A DNA stretch of 64,000 bases from Planctomycetales bacterium (GTDB lineage Bacteria; Planctomycetota; Phycisphaerae; SM23-33). The stretch lies in assembly GCA_030612725.1 (NCBI GenBank), contig JAUWNJ010000002.1:64542-128541 (forward strand). Reading direction: 5' to 3'. Of the stretch, positions 9,096 through 18,652 are shown piece after piece. Numbering within the stretch: position 1 is the stretch's first letter; every line of letters starts with the position of its first letter. The position numbers were made by a program, and so were the translations under genes. Below the pieces are notes generated by a model. That model was not told where the DNA came from. It saw nothing but the letters and a program-made list of their open reading frames with translations, and searched no databases.

Positions 9096-9719
9096 ATGAA
9101 CGAGAAAATTTCTGAATCAACCTTCACCGACCCACGGGTCGCCTTCTTCAACCGCCACGCCGACTCGTGGGACGAAGACGTTTCGGCCATTGATTCGAAC
9201 ATCCGTCGCCTGGGGGAATTGCGCGACGCTATGGGTCTGCACGCCGGGATGGACCTTCTCGAAGTCGGATGCGGGACGGGACAGATTACGGGATGGCTTT
9301 GCGAGGCCGTTGCGCCGGGGAAGGTAACAGCAGTCGATTTTTCCGAGGTCATGCTCGCGACGGCGCGGGCCAAGGATATTGACGCCGATTTTTGCCTGAT
9401 GGATATTTGCGCCGACAGACCTGTGGGGGAGTTTGATGTGGTATTGTGTTTCCATTGTTTTCCGCATTTCCGCGACCAGCCTGCTGCGTTGCGCAACCTG
9501 TCGTCAGCCCTGAAACCCGGCGGGTCGTTGGTCGTGATGCACCTTGTCGGAAGTAAGGCGATTAACGCCTTTCACAACGGCGTCGGTGGGGCGGTAGCCG
9601 ACGACATTCTCCCAACCGGCGGGGAATGGGACGACCTTCTAAGCCACGCCAACCTGAAATTCACCGAACTTACCGACCGCGACGACCTGTTCATCCTCCG
9701 CGCCGTCGGCAATTCTTGA
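9096..9719 (+). CDS. Class I SAM-dependent methyltransferase
   Basis: Motifs LLEVGCGTG, VDFSEVML, CFHCFPHF and LKPGG; ATG 9096 preferred. Confidence 0.9.
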   Translation: MNEKISESTFTDPRVAFFNRHADSWDEDVSAIDSNIRRLGELRDAMGLHAGMDLLEVGCGTGQITGWLCEAVAPGKVTAVDFSEVMLATARAKDIDADFCLMDICADRPVGEFDVVLCFHCFPHFRDQPAALRNLSSALKPGGSLVVMHLVGSKAINAFHNGVGGAVADDILPTGGEWDDLLSHANLKFTELTDRDDLFILRAVGNS

Positions 9720-9858
9720 ACCCTGGCGCGCAAGATGGTAAAAGAAAACCTATAAGCAGGCTGGGGCAAAGTCCCACCCTTCTCCTGATTTTGATATACC
9801 GCATGAGCAGAAAAAATTGGGACTTCGTCTAAAGCCTGCAATTAGGGAGGTAACATAA

Positions 9859-11784
9859 ATGTATATGCGGCGCGGACTGTTGTGTGCATTTTCGGTTGCG
9901 GTTTTCATCGGCCCGACGGGGGGCCAGACGTCCGCCGTGCCAGGGACGACCAGACCCGCCAAACCGGTCGATAAGAAATTCGACGACTCCTGGCTTGGCG
10001 AAATCGCATTGGAACAGTTGAAACAGGTCGTCGAGGCCCAGCCTGAATCTCTGGGAACCGGCGAAAAGTACCTCGAATTGTCCAAGTCTATGGAAAAGGC
10101 GATGCTCGCCCGCCTGACATGCGGACACGCCGACAAACTCAAAGCCCTCAACGACATGGTCTTCGTGATGCGGGCGTGCAGGCACCTGCCGCTGACTTAC
10201 GAAATCACCGGCGACGGTAAATTCGCAAAGTGGCTGATAGAGCATCGAGCGGTTTCGCGCCGGCTGTTCCGGGCAGTCGAGGAAATCAGACTCCCCGAAG
10301 ATGCGCTGAAAAAACTCCATGAACTGGTCAAAGCCGAGGAAAAGAAGGTCATCGAATATCCGGACCTTGCCGTCGCTTTCGCCACCTCGATTCCGATGAA
10401 GCACTATCGCGATCAGCCCGAAGCGTCCTCGATGCTGGATTCCTTCCGATGGTACACAGACCCCAAAGCCAAATTCTTCCGTTACGACCTGAAGAAAATG
10501 CCGTACGAGGTTTCGCGTTATCTCGCCACCAGCCGACTCAGTACCAAGGAGCGTAAATGGGCGGTTGCGAAGTACCGCAAATCGAGAAAGCCCGCCAAGA
10601 GTTACTTTGATTTGAAATATGATTATGACCATTACCGCAAGGGCGTCCCGAAGAAAATCGCCAAAGTCGCATACACCTTGCCCAATCTCCGTAAAGTCGG
10701 CGGGGGCTGTATTGAACAGGCCTACTATGCCGGTGAGGTTTGCAGGGCGTTGGGCATCCCGGCGACAATTGTGCTTGGACGGGGCGGAAGCGGCGAGACG
10801 CACGCATGGGTCGCCTGTCTGAAACTTACTCGCGGAGGTTCCGAGGCTGCATGGGACAGCCGGACGGGTCGGCATGAATCGCAACTTTATTACATCGGTA
10901 TTTTACGGGAACCTGCCGGCGGAAAGGAAATCCTCGATTGCGAACTTGCCCTTCTTTGTGCGGCTACGCATCTTCCGTTGCGACGACGCGAACAGGCCGA
11001 TACCGCGACTGAACTGGCGAAAATCGTCGAAAAAGCCATGGGTAAAATCGCTCAAGGCGACTTGTCCGTGTTAAAAAATCTCGCCCAACAGTACAATCAG
11101 GAACTCGCCAAAAATAATCGCCAGGCCCGAACCGGCTGGATAAAGGCCCAAAGAAAAATCGACATGTCGCTGGTCGAATACCTTATCGACACAGCCATTG
11201 CTCGCAACCTGGCCCATGGTCCGGTTTGGGAACTCATCATCGAACTGGCCAAAGCGGATCGCCTTCCGATTGATCATCTCTATCGTTTTTTTGATATTCT
11301 TGTCGTTCGCACCGCCAAGCAGTATCCGGATTACAGTTGTCGTCTGATTATGCGTATTGTCCCGACCATTAATGACCCTGAACGACGGAAGAAAGCGTAT
11401 AAAAACGCGGTTGGCATTTACTCGAAGCGTCCGGATTTGCAGGGATGGATTCTTATCGCGCTCGGCGAAGATTATCAGAAGCAGGGTAAGAATAGAAAGG
11501 CGGTTAAGGCTTATGAACAGGCGGCTTCGCGGTGCTCGAATCTCACCGAGATCGTTCTGGAGGCATCAGGACGGGCAGAGGCAATGTTCATCGAGAGAAA
11601 AAGAAGGAACCTGGCGATAAAGATGTATAGCCGGCTTTTCGCCAAGGCAAAAAAGGCGAAAAACGTACACTCAAGTTTCCGCCAACAGACAGCGCATTAC
11701 CTTCTCGGCAAGAGGCTGATTCAATTACTGATAGATGAAGAAAAAATGTCGGCGGCCAAACGTATCGAGGCGCAGATCAGGTGA
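9859..11784 (+). CDS. Secreted transglutaminase-like (papain-fold) domain protein with C-terminal TPR-like helices
   Basis: N-terminal signal; GGGCIEQAYY...ALGIPA...THAWV...WD, consistent with a Cys-His-Asp triad; helical repeats at the C-terminus. Confidence 0.7.
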   Translation: MYMRRGLLCAFSVAVFIGPTGGQTSAVPGTTRPAKPVDKKFDDSWLGEIALEQLKQVVEAQPESLGTGEKYLELSKSMEKAMLARLTCGHADKLKALNDMVFVMRACRHLPLTYEITGDGKFAKWLIEHRAVSRRLFRAVEEIRLPEDALKKLHELVKAEEKKVIEYPDLAVAFATSIPMKHYRDQPEASSMLDSFRWYTDPKAKFFRYDLKKMPYEVSRYLATSRLSTKERKWAVAKYRKSRKPAKSYFDLKYDYDHYRKGVPKKIAKVAYTLPNLRKVGGGCIEQAYYAGEVCRALGIPATIVLGRGGSGETHAWVACLKLTRGGSEAAWDSRTGRHESQLYYIGILREPAGGKEILDCELALLCAATHLPLRRREQADTATELAKIVEKAMGKIAQGDLSVLKNLAQQYNQELAKNNRQARTGWIKAQRKIDMSLVEYLIDTAIARNLAHGPVWELIIELAKADRLPIDHLYRFFDILVVRTAKQYPDYSCRLIMRIVPTINDPERRKKAYKNAVGIYSKRPDLQGWILIALGEDYQKQGKNRKAVKAYEQAASRCSNLTEIVLEASGRAEAMFIERKRRNLAIKMYSRLFAKAKKAKNVHSSFRQQTAHYLLGKRLIQLLIDEEKMSAAKRIEAQIR

Positions 11785-11791
11785 GACACGA

Positions 11792-12847
11792 TCACAGTTT
11801 TCCATTTTCCCAAATTGTTTCGTACATCGTTGTGATATTTTCGGTCGGCGAAACTGCCTGGAGGTTGTGGCAGGGGGCGCAGAACCATCGGGCCGACGCG
11901 AAGATGCGGATGTTGTCCAGCACTTCCCGGCGAACGTCGTCGGCCGAACCGAACGCGAGCGTCTGCTGGTTGTCCACCGCGCCGTGGAAGGCGATTTTGT
12001 CGCCGAAATCTCGCACCAGTTCTTCACGCTCCATGCCCGCGCAGCGCCACTGGATGGGGTTGAGCACTTCAATGCCGGTTACTTCAATCAAATCCGGGAT
12101 TACTTCCCGAACGGCTCCGTCCGTATGGTAGAAAACGTGGATGCCGTGACTTCTGGCAAGGTCGGCCATTTTCTTCTGGTTCGGGAGGATGAATTTGCGA
12201 ATCTGCTTCAGACCCATCAGCAGCCCGGTCTGACTACCCAAATCCTCTGCTACGTATGTCAGGTCAACCCGCCCGTCGGCAATGTCCCACATCCGCTCGT
12301 TGAGACCATAGTGGAAGTCGAACAGGTGCGTGAAGATCGCCTCTGCGATTTCCGGCTCGACGAGCAGGTCCATCATCGCCTGTTCCATACCTCGCATCTG
12401 GCAGTAGATGAGGTATGGTTCATAACAGCCACAGCGGATAGCCCTGTAGCCTGGAATGTCGGCGACCTGCGCTGTAAATTTTTCCCAGTCGTGGTCGTCG
12501 GGGTTCGGCCATTTGAATTCGTGGACCTGCTCGACCGTCGTTACGTCGGCCAGCGGGTGGTTGATTACCTCGTCGTACTCGCCCTCGCCGTAACTGACCG
12601 CCCTGAACCGCCGTCCCCACATATCGGCTTGGGGATCGTCGGGATAATGAGATACTGTCCGCTCCGCGTCGATTAGATGCACGCCGTCGATGTGCAGTTT
12701 GTTGTAAAGGGCCTCAATGTCGTTGCATTTGAGGTCTTTGAAAAGGCGCTCGGTTACTTCATCGGTAGCCCAGTAGTCTGTGGGTATTCGGTCCGGCTTC
12801 TCGCTGTTAAGCAATGCAAGCCATCGCTCTCGCGGTGTCATTGACAT
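11792..12847 (-). CDS. Uroporphyrinogen decarboxylase-like (URO-D/CIMS) family protein
   Basis: Motifs MTPRER...PDRIP, RGMEQAMMDL, EDLGSQTG, FYHTDG, LNPIQ and APCHNLQ. Confidence 0.88.
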   Translation of the reverse strand: MSMTPRERWLALLNSEKPDRIPTDYWATDEVTERLFKDLKCNDIEALYNKLHIDGVHLIDAERTVSHYPDDPQADMWGRRFRAVSYGEGEYDEVINHPLADVTTVEQVHEFKWPNPDDHDWEKFTAQVADIPGYRAIRCGCYEPYLIYCQMRGMEQAMMDLLVEPEIAEAIFTHLFDFHYGLNERMWDIADGRVDLTYVAEDLGSQTGLLMGLKQIRKFILPNQKKMADLARSHGIHVFYHTDGAVREVIPDLIEVTGIEVLNPIQWRCAGMEREELVRDFGDKIAFHGAVDNQQTLAFGSADDVRREVLDNIRIFASARWFCAPCHNLQAVSPTENITTMYETIWENGKL

Positions 12848-12875
12848 AAAGTTGGTCCTTTTTTAAAGTCAGATA

Positions 12876-13037
12876 TCAGCCTACAATCTGCTTCGATTTG
12901 AGCGTAACCACCTTTTGTCCGCTTTCGTCCTGTTTTTTTTTCATCGCAGCAAGTAATTTGTGGGCGTCATAACCATAATTTGCTGCGATTCGATCCTTCG
13001 TCTCGCGCAGTTCTTTAAGCACCGAGTCCTCGTACAT
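12876..13037 (-). CDS. Small hypothetical protein (53 aa), probable partner/antitoxin of the upstream PIN protein
   Basis: Below the ORF-track cutoff; manual translation MYEDSVLKELRETKDRIAANYGYDAHKLLAAMKKKQDESGQKVVTLKSKQIVG; starts 2 nt after the PIN stop. Confidence 0.72.
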   Translation of the reverse strand: MYEDSVLKELRETKDRIAANYGYDAHKLLAAMKKKQDESGQKVVTLKSKQIVG

Positions 13038-13039
13038 GA

Positions 13040-13513
13040 CTATTCTCCCATTAATGTGTCAGGCGTACAAACAACAGGTGGCTTGTAACCCTTTGCCCAA
13101 ATCAACTTATCGACGGACTCCGTCATTTCCGAGTTGGCCAGATGCTTGCAATTCCACGTCAACAGCAAGTCTATGCCGTGAATAGTCGCCGTGGCAAGAT
13201 GCGTTGCATCGTCAACGGCCTTTTTCGGTAATGGTCCCTCAACGATTAAGGCCTTGGAAAGATCGGCAATCTCGTTTGTCAAGGCCAATAGTGGAAGGTT
13301 GCGGAGAATCGCCAATCGCTTTTGGGCGGCTTCCTGATCTCCACCGGCGGCTTCTTCCAAAGTAAGTTCAGAGGTGTACAGGTCGAACTCCACCCGCCGC
13401 CGATTCCACCATTCCAAAGTAATCTCCTGACGGGCTGCCTTTATCAAATCGCGACTTGGCCATGCCGTCAAGTAGCTCACGATTGAGGTCTCGATATATA
13501 CGCGCTGCTTCAA
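13040..13513 (-). CDS. PIN-domain (VapC-like) toxin
   Basis: Motifs VYIETSIVSY, DDATHLA and LLTWNCKHLAN. Confidence 0.9.
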   Translation of the reverse strand: MKQRVYIETSIVSYLTAWPSRDLIKAARQEITLEWWNRRRVEFDLYTSELTLEEAAGGDQEAAQKRLAILRNLPLLALTNEIADLSKALIVEGPLPKKAVDDATHLATATIHGIDLLLTWNCKHLANSEMTESVDKLIWAKGYKPPVVCTPDTLMGE

Positions 13514-13519
13514 TATGGA

Positions 13520-13583
13520 ATCTCCTATTGTCGGCTACGCTGCATAACTGCGGCGACAAGTTCATATCAATCAGGACGTTCAT
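13520..13583 (-). pseudogene. Truncated DUF5615 (PIN-like) gene remnant
   Basis: MNVLIDMNLSP start coupled to the DUF433 stop (ATGA); the resemblance is lost after about 12-15 codons. Confidence 0.6.
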
Positions 13584-13813
13584 GCGAGGTGGGCCAGTGG
13601 AATATCAACTTCTTCGGATCGCCATGCGGCGTAGGCTAACGCTTTCTGAAGGTCCGCCTCCTCCAAGTGCGGATATGCTTCAAGCACCTCATCCCTGGAG
13701 CGCCCTGCCGCCAGAAGACCTACGATTGTGCCTACCGTTACTCGCATCCCGCGGATACAGGGCTTACCACCCATGACCTGTGCGTCGAAGGTAATCCTTT
13801 TCAATTCATTCAT
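13580..13813 (-). CDS. DUF433 domain protein (antitoxin-type)
   Basis: RITFDAQVMGGKPCIRGMRVTV...EVLEAYPHLEEADLQKALAYAA; AAGGAG RBS. Confidence 0.93.
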   Translation of the reverse strand: MNELKRITFDAQVMGGKPCIRGMRVTVGTIVGLLAAGRSRDEVLEAYPHLEEADLQKALAYAAWRSEEVDIPLAHLA

Positions 13814-13852
13814 ATTGCTCTCCTTCGAGATATTATAGCATATTGCGAGAAG

Positions 13853-13875
13853 AAAAAGACTCCCGTCCCCTTTTT
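13853..13875. repeat. Short dispersed repeat AAAAGACTCCCGTCCCCTTT
   Basis: Near-identical copy at 25887-25910, with an inverted partner at 25818-25839. Confidence 0.6.
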
Positions 13876-13878
13876 CTT

Positions 13879-15936
13879 TTATCTTTTCAATATCTGGAAC
13901 AGGTTAATATGTTCGTCGGTCCACAGGTCGATGCGGTCGAAATCGCTTCGCGGGGCAGTCGCGGATGCCTGGATTGCCTTTTGATTTATAAAACTCCCGT
14001 CTCGCGTCAGGATTATCCAATCAGACGCGAAAATACCCTCTGCCTCGTCTTCGTCGTTCTGAATCCAGGCGGTTTTCAGATTCAGGTGCCGAGCCATTTT
14101 CCATATTACCGATTGCAAGTCAAGATGTACGGTCGAGACGTGCATTGCGATAACGCCGTCGGATTTGAGATGCCGCAGGAATATCTCGAAAGCCTCTACC
14201 GTCAGAAGGTGGACCGGAACGGCGTCGCTGCTGAAGGCGTCGAGGATAAGCAGGTCGAAATTTTGCGCCGGTTCCGCCTCCATCGACAGCCGTGCATCGC
14301 CCATAATCACGTCCACGTCGGCTTGGCAATCGTTCAGGTACGAGAACCGCGTGCGTGCGATGCGTTCGACGTCGGGATTGATTTCATAGAACCGGATGCG
14401 GTCGCCTTTTTTTCCGTAAGCAGCGATTGTTCCGACGCCAAGCCCGACGACGCCGATATGCCTGTTTTCCTTTCGGCGGAAAAATCGTATCGCCAGTCCC
14501 GCACCACTGTTTTTACCGAAGTAGGCCACAGGCTGAGAGTGTTTTCCCGGATCGACAAACTGCAGCCCGTGAAATGTCGTTCCGTGCTGGAGGACGTAAC
14601 GGTGCATAGCCGGGTCGGCGCGGTCGTTCTCCCAGACGGTCAGTACGCCGAAAAAATTGCGGGTGTTCGAGACCGCGATCTTATTGGCGTCGCCGCGATG
14701 CCCTTCGGCGAAAACCGCTACGACGCCGACGGCGACAATCAGCCCTGTCCACACCCATCTGCGAGAGCCTCGGCGGAGCACGGATTTTTCATCTGCCAGC
14801 AGCACGAACAGGCAGCACGCCAGCAGTCCCAGGTGCAGTTCGAGGTAAGTGTTGAACACCAGCGGTGCGATAACCGCGACGAAAACTCCGCCGATCGCTC
14901 CACCGGTCGCAATCATAAGATAGTAACCCGTCAGGCGTTGCGGAGCGGGCCTGAGGCGGTACAATTCGCCGTGGCAGACCATGCAGCAGGCGAACAGAAC
15001 GGCAGAGTACATCACTATCTGCTGAATAACGGACAAATCCACGTTCCATGCCCGCACAAAAGCCACGGCAATGATGGACAAAATAAACACGCCGAGAAAA
15101 ACCGGGCGGACGTACCACCTTTCATGATGGAAGCAGATGATAAACGACAGCAGGTAAATGCACAGCGGCAGTATCCAGAGGAAAGGAATAACGGCTACGT
15201 CCTGGCAGATTTTATTGGTTACCGCCAATAATTCGACCGACGCGCCGGCAGGTAAGGCCAACCAGAGCAGGCGGGTTCCAAGTTTCGGAGATTGTTTCGA
15301 CAGATTCGCTTCGCTCATCTGTCGGTTTTTGAGGGGGTTGCTTTTCCAAAGTCGAACCGCGCAGACGCCGGCGAAGATAGCGAACGCGCCGAGGCTCCAG
15401 GACCATATATTCGCCTGCGTCGCACGCGAAAAGGCCGGTTCTATGAGAAATGGATAACTAATCAGCGCCAGAAGCGATCCGGCATTGGAGAGCGAGTAAA
15501 GACGGTACGGCGATGCGGTCGGATTCGTCCTGTGGAACCAGTTTTGCATCAAAGGCCCGGTGGCTGAAAGGACGAAGTAGGGCAGGCCTATGCAGGCTGA
15601 CAGGAGCAGCAGGATTCGAAGCGTCGGTAAATCCGCGCCTTGGGGCTTCCACCCAGCCGACGGTATAATCGGAAGCATAGCCAGTGCGGCGACGATAAAA
15701 ACAACGTGAACAACCGCCTGTGTGCGAGGCTTAAGATAACGGGCGATAAAATGAGCATAGGCGTACCCGCCCAGCAGGAAAACCTGGAAGAACAACATGC
15801 AGGTCGTCCAGACCTCCGGACTTCCGCCGAACCAGGGAAGGATGTACTTGCCGATTAATGGCTGGACCTGAAAGAGCAGGAACGCTCCGAGGAACACAGC
15901 CGGTGCGAAAATCAACAATGAATCTCGTTTGTTCAT
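13879..15936 (-). CDS. Fused MFS-like membrane / spermidine synthase-like methyltransferase
   Basis: N-terminal multi-TM region (FLLFQVQPLIGK..LPWFGG, CHGEL); C-terminal GLGVGT, YEINP, GDARL, DAFSSD and WTD. Confidence 0.9.
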   Translation of the reverse strand: MNKRDSLLIFAPAVFLGAFLLFQVQPLIGKYILPWFGGSPEVWTTCMLFFQVFLLGGYAYAHFIARYLKPRTQAVVHVVFIVAALAMLPIIPSAGWKPQGADLPTLRILLLLSACIGLPYFVLSATGPLMQNWFHRTNPTASPYRLYSLSNAGSLLALISYPFLIEPAFSRATQANIWSWSLGAFAIFAGVCAVRLWKSNPLKNRQMSEANLSKQSPKLGTRLLWLALPAGASVELLAVTNKICQDVAVIPFLWILPLCIYLLSFIICFHHERWYVRPVFLGVFILSIIAVAFVRAWNVDLSVIQQIVMYSAVLFACCMVCHGELYRLRPAPQRLTGYYLMIATGGAIGGVFVAVIAPLVFNTYLELHLGLLACCLFVLLADEKSVLRRGSRRWVWTGLIVAVGVVAVFAEGHRGDANKIAVSNTRNFFGVLTVWENDRADPAMHRYVLQHGTTFHGLQFVDPGKHSQPVAYFGKNSGAGLAIRFFRRKENRHIGVVGLGVGTIAAYGKKGDRIRFYEINPDVERIARTRFSYLNDCQADVDVIMGDARLSMEAEPAQNFDLLILDAFSSDAVPVHLLTVEAFEIFLRHLKSDGVIAMHVSTVHLDLQSVIWKMARHLNLKTAWIQNDEDEAEGIFASDWIILTRDGSFINQKAIQASATAPRSDFDRIDLWTDEHINLFQILKR

Positions 15937-15990
15937 AGTCGGGCAATAATATCAGGTGAACGGCGAAAAAGGAAGTTCCGTATTTCCGCG

Positions 15991-17406
15991 TTAGGGGAGT
16001 TGTTCGACCAGCATTTTGAGCAGGGTTTTTGTGGGCATGGTTTTTGGTCCCGCCGGCGTCATCCATCGGCAGGAGTGGTGGTTTTCGGCGAGCATTTTTT
16101 CAACCCGTTGCACGGCAAGGACTACTGAAGAATGGTTCTTACCCGTGAATTGCCCTATTTCAGGAAAACTCATTCTCGTGTGTCGTCGGGTCAGGTACAT
16201 CGTGATGGCGCGGGCGAGGCTGACGGTGTGCGTTCGTCGCGATGAGTGGATGTCCGCCGGTGTGATTCCGAAGAATGCCGACGTAACCGTTTCGATCTCG
16301 CCGAGCGTTACGGCGCTGTCGGTTCTAACGAGGTGGTCGGCAAGTACGTCGCGGGTCAGGTCGAGCGTTACGGGTTCGCCTGCGAGTTTCGCCAGGGCAG
16401 AGAGTTTCACCAGCGCGCCTTCCAGTTCGCGGACCGAGCCGTGAATGTGCATGGCAATGTATTCCACCACGTCGCGCGGCGCGGGAAGTTTCATCTTCAA
16501 AGCGAGCCTGCGGAGAATTTTGATTCTCGTTGTCCGGTCGGGCGGGTCGATCCTGACGACCATTCCCGAAAGGAATCGGCTGACGAGTTGTTCTGTGAGT
16601 TTCCCAAGCAGACGCGGATGAGCGTCCGAAGCCATCACAATCTGCTTATCTGCGCCGTGGATGGTGTTGAAGGTGTGAAGAAACTCCTCCTGCGTAGCCT
16701 TCTTGGCGGCGAGAAAGTGAACGTCGTCGATGACCAGCAGGTCAAGCCGACGGTAGGTTTTCCGAAAGGCATCCGTTTTTTTATACCTTATGCCCTGGAC
16801 GAAATCGTTCGTGAACCGCTCTGCGGTGATGTATTTCCATGTGAGTTTTCTACCGTTGTTGTTTTGGGCGACGGCGTTGCAGATTCCCTGAAGAAGGTGA
16901 GTTTTTCCCACGCCGCAGGTTCCGTGGATGAACAGCGGGTTGAATGTTACCTTGCTGTTCTGAGCGACGGAAAGCGCCGCCGAGTATGCCAGTTTATTCG
17001 ATGTCCCGGTTACGAAATCCTCTAATTTATATCGCAGTTTGGACGCCGGCGCTAATTTTCGTCGGGCAGTTCCAGCCGTTCCACGATTCACAAGGTTTGC
17101 CTGAACGTCCAGTTGGCGTCCGCGAAGACGTCCGCTCAACGTCGGGTCCACGGAGACTGTTACGCGCCTTTGCCGACCGGTAACTTCCCTGCTTGCAGCC
17201 GCTAAGTCTTCCGCGAAGTGGCTTTCGATCCACCCGGCGATAAACGGATTGGCCGCATCGACCTTGACGTCCTCGTTTTCGACGGAGACCTGCGCAGCGT
17301 TCTTGAACCAGGCGTTAAATTTCTGTGTACCGATTCGCCTATGAACAACCTCAAGGACTGCGTCTGTCGGGTCCGTTCGGGCACATGCACCTATTTCGGC
17401 GGACAT
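15991..17406 (-). CDS. dnaA: Chromosomal replication initiator DnaA
   Basis: FNPLFIHGTCGVGKTHLL, LLVIDDVHFL, TQEEFLHTFN, SVRELEGAL and a domain IV helix-turn-helix. Confidence 0.95.
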   Translation of the reverse strand: MSAEIGACARTDPTDAVLEVVHRRIGTQKFNAWFKNAAQVSVENEDVKVDAANPFIAGWIESHFAEDLAAASREVTGRQRRVTVSVDPTLSGRLRGRQLDVQANLVNRGTAGTARRKLAPASKLRYKLEDFVTGTSNKLAYSAALSVAQNSKVTFNPLFIHGTCGVGKTHLLQGICNAVAQNNNGRKLTWKYITAERFTNDFVQGIRYKKTDAFRKTYRRLDLLVIDDVHFLAAKKATQEEFLHTFNTIHGADKQIVMASDAHPRLLGKLTEQLVSRFLSGMVVRIDPPDRTTRIKILRRLALKMKLPAPRDVVEYIAMHIHGSVRELEGALVKLSALAKLAGEPVTLDLTRDVLADHLVRTDSAVTLGEIETVTSAFFGITPADIHSSRRTHTVSLARAITMYLTRRHTRMSFPEIGQFTGKNHSSVVLAVQRVEKMLAENHHSCRWMTPAGPKTMPTKTLLKMLVEQLP

Positions 17407-17567
17407 TTTCTATTCCTTTTTCGACCGGGCAGTAATACCGCCGGAAACACACCAGTTCTTGCGGTATCGATAAAATCTGATCTGAAATCCTGTTTTATGA
17501 AACTCAACCAACGCATACGAATTTATCATCGACTCGACTACTGTCAAAGTGGTAATTGTCGCTTTTC

Positions 17568-17655
17568 TTATCCACATCAAGTCAAGCCTCGCTTGCAGAG
17601 AAACTTCCGAAGCAAAGTTTTTTTTCATTCACCGGTTATGCACAAAATTTCCACG
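17568..17655 (+). promoter_or_regulatory. DnaA-box cluster upstream of dnaA (autoregulation / possible oriC)
   Basis: TTATCCACA at 17568-17576; tandem boxes TCATTCACC 17625-17633, TTATGCACA 17636-17644 and ATTTCCACG 17647-17655 at an 11-bp pitch. Confidence 0.65.
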
Positions 17656-17676
17656 AAGCGCGACCGTGAAAAGAAA

Positions 17677-17795
17677 AATTAGCAGGGATGCAGGGGATAA
17701 AGAGGATAAAACATCTTTTCAAAATTCAAACAGGTGCTTTTCTTCTTATTGAAATTCGCTTTTTATCCCGTGCATCCCCTGCATCCCTGCTAATT
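17677..17795. repeat. 9-mer-type inverted element (22-bp perfect arms)
   Basis: AATTAGCAGGGATGCAGGGGAT (17677-17698) and its exact reverse complement (17774-17795). Confidence 0.85.
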
Positions 17796-17837
17796 CTTTT
17801 CCCTGTATTCCTGCTGGTTCTTGAAAATTTGTTGTTT

Positions 17838-17894
17838 GACAATCGCCGTTCGAAAATCGACAATTGGCAATCGACAATCGGCAATTGGCAATTG
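17838..17894. repeat. Heptamer tandem repeat (CAATYGR)
   Basis: aaaatcga-caattgg-caatcga-caatcgg-caattgg-caattg; a similar run lies at 46472-46503. Confidence 0.8.
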
Positions 17895-17908
17895 AAGGAG
17901 TTTTTACA

Positions 17909-18571
17909 GTGAGATACTTCGTAGCGATTCCGGCATTGTGTCTGGTTTTTGCGTTGTTGACGGCCTCGGCTGAGCCGGTTCCCAAACCCGGCGTGGTGGC
18001 GAGAAGCTGGGAATTGGAATTCGAGTACACAACGCCCCAGCCATTTGAGATCCAGTTGCCCGGATGGAAGGAAAAGCGAACCTTCTGGTACATGCTTTAC
18101 ACTATAAGCAATCGAAGCGGCACTGATCGCATCTTCGTACCGGAGTTCTGCCTCTACACCGACACCGGTGATGTCCGCCGGGGCGGTGATCGGGTCTCCG
18201 CCGGGGTATTCCGAGCCATTAAAAAACGCCACAATAATCCGCTATTGACGGATATGGCCTTTATTACCGGGAAGGTACTCCAGGGTGCCGATAACGCCAG
18301 GGACGGCGTGGCGATATGGACGGATTTTGACCACAAAGCACGTGGTTTCAACGTATTTGTGGGAGGGCTTAGCGGCGAGCGGAAAAAGGTAAAACTGCCT
18401 AAACCCATCACCGTTACTGTTGCCGACGAGAACGGAAAAGAGAAAAAGGCAACCAAGACCGAAGTCGTTCTCTCTAAAACGCTGAGCCTGCGGTACTTCC
18501 TTCCCGGCGACGCATCCGCCAGATCGGCTGACACGCCCCAACTCCGGAAAAAGCAGTGGGTGATGCGGTAA
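17909..18571 (+). CDS. Secreted hypothetical protein
   Basis: GTG start after AAGGAG; signal peptide; FWYMLYTISN and GVAIW segments. Confidence 0.75.
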   Translation: MRYFVAIPALCLVFALLTASAEPVPKPGVVARSWELEFEYTTPQPFEIQLPGWKEKRTFWYMLYTISNRSGTDRIFVPEFCLYTDTGDVRRGGDRVSAGVFRAIKKRHNNPLLTDMAFITGKVLQGADNARDGVAIWTDFDHKARGFNVFVGGLSGERKKVKLPKPITVTVADENGKEKKATKTEVVLSKTLSLRYFLPGDASARSADTPQLRKKQWVMR

Positions 18572-18573
18572 TT

Positions 18574-18652
18574 ATTGCGGATTGTGGATTGTGGATTGCG
18601 GATTGCACACACTCGCTGATTTGTTGGAATCCGCAATCCACAATCCGAAATT
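18574..18652. repeat. Heptamer inverted element (ATTGYGG / CCRCAAT)
   Basis: attgcgg-attgtgg-attgtgg-attgcgg ... aatccgc-aatccac-aatccga, directly after the stop codon. A partial copy lies at 30030-30057. Confidence 0.85.

Noticed and set aside
13843..15231. 462-aa plus-strand ORF
   Set aside because: Antisense to the spermidine-synthase-like gene, and its start lies in a repeat.
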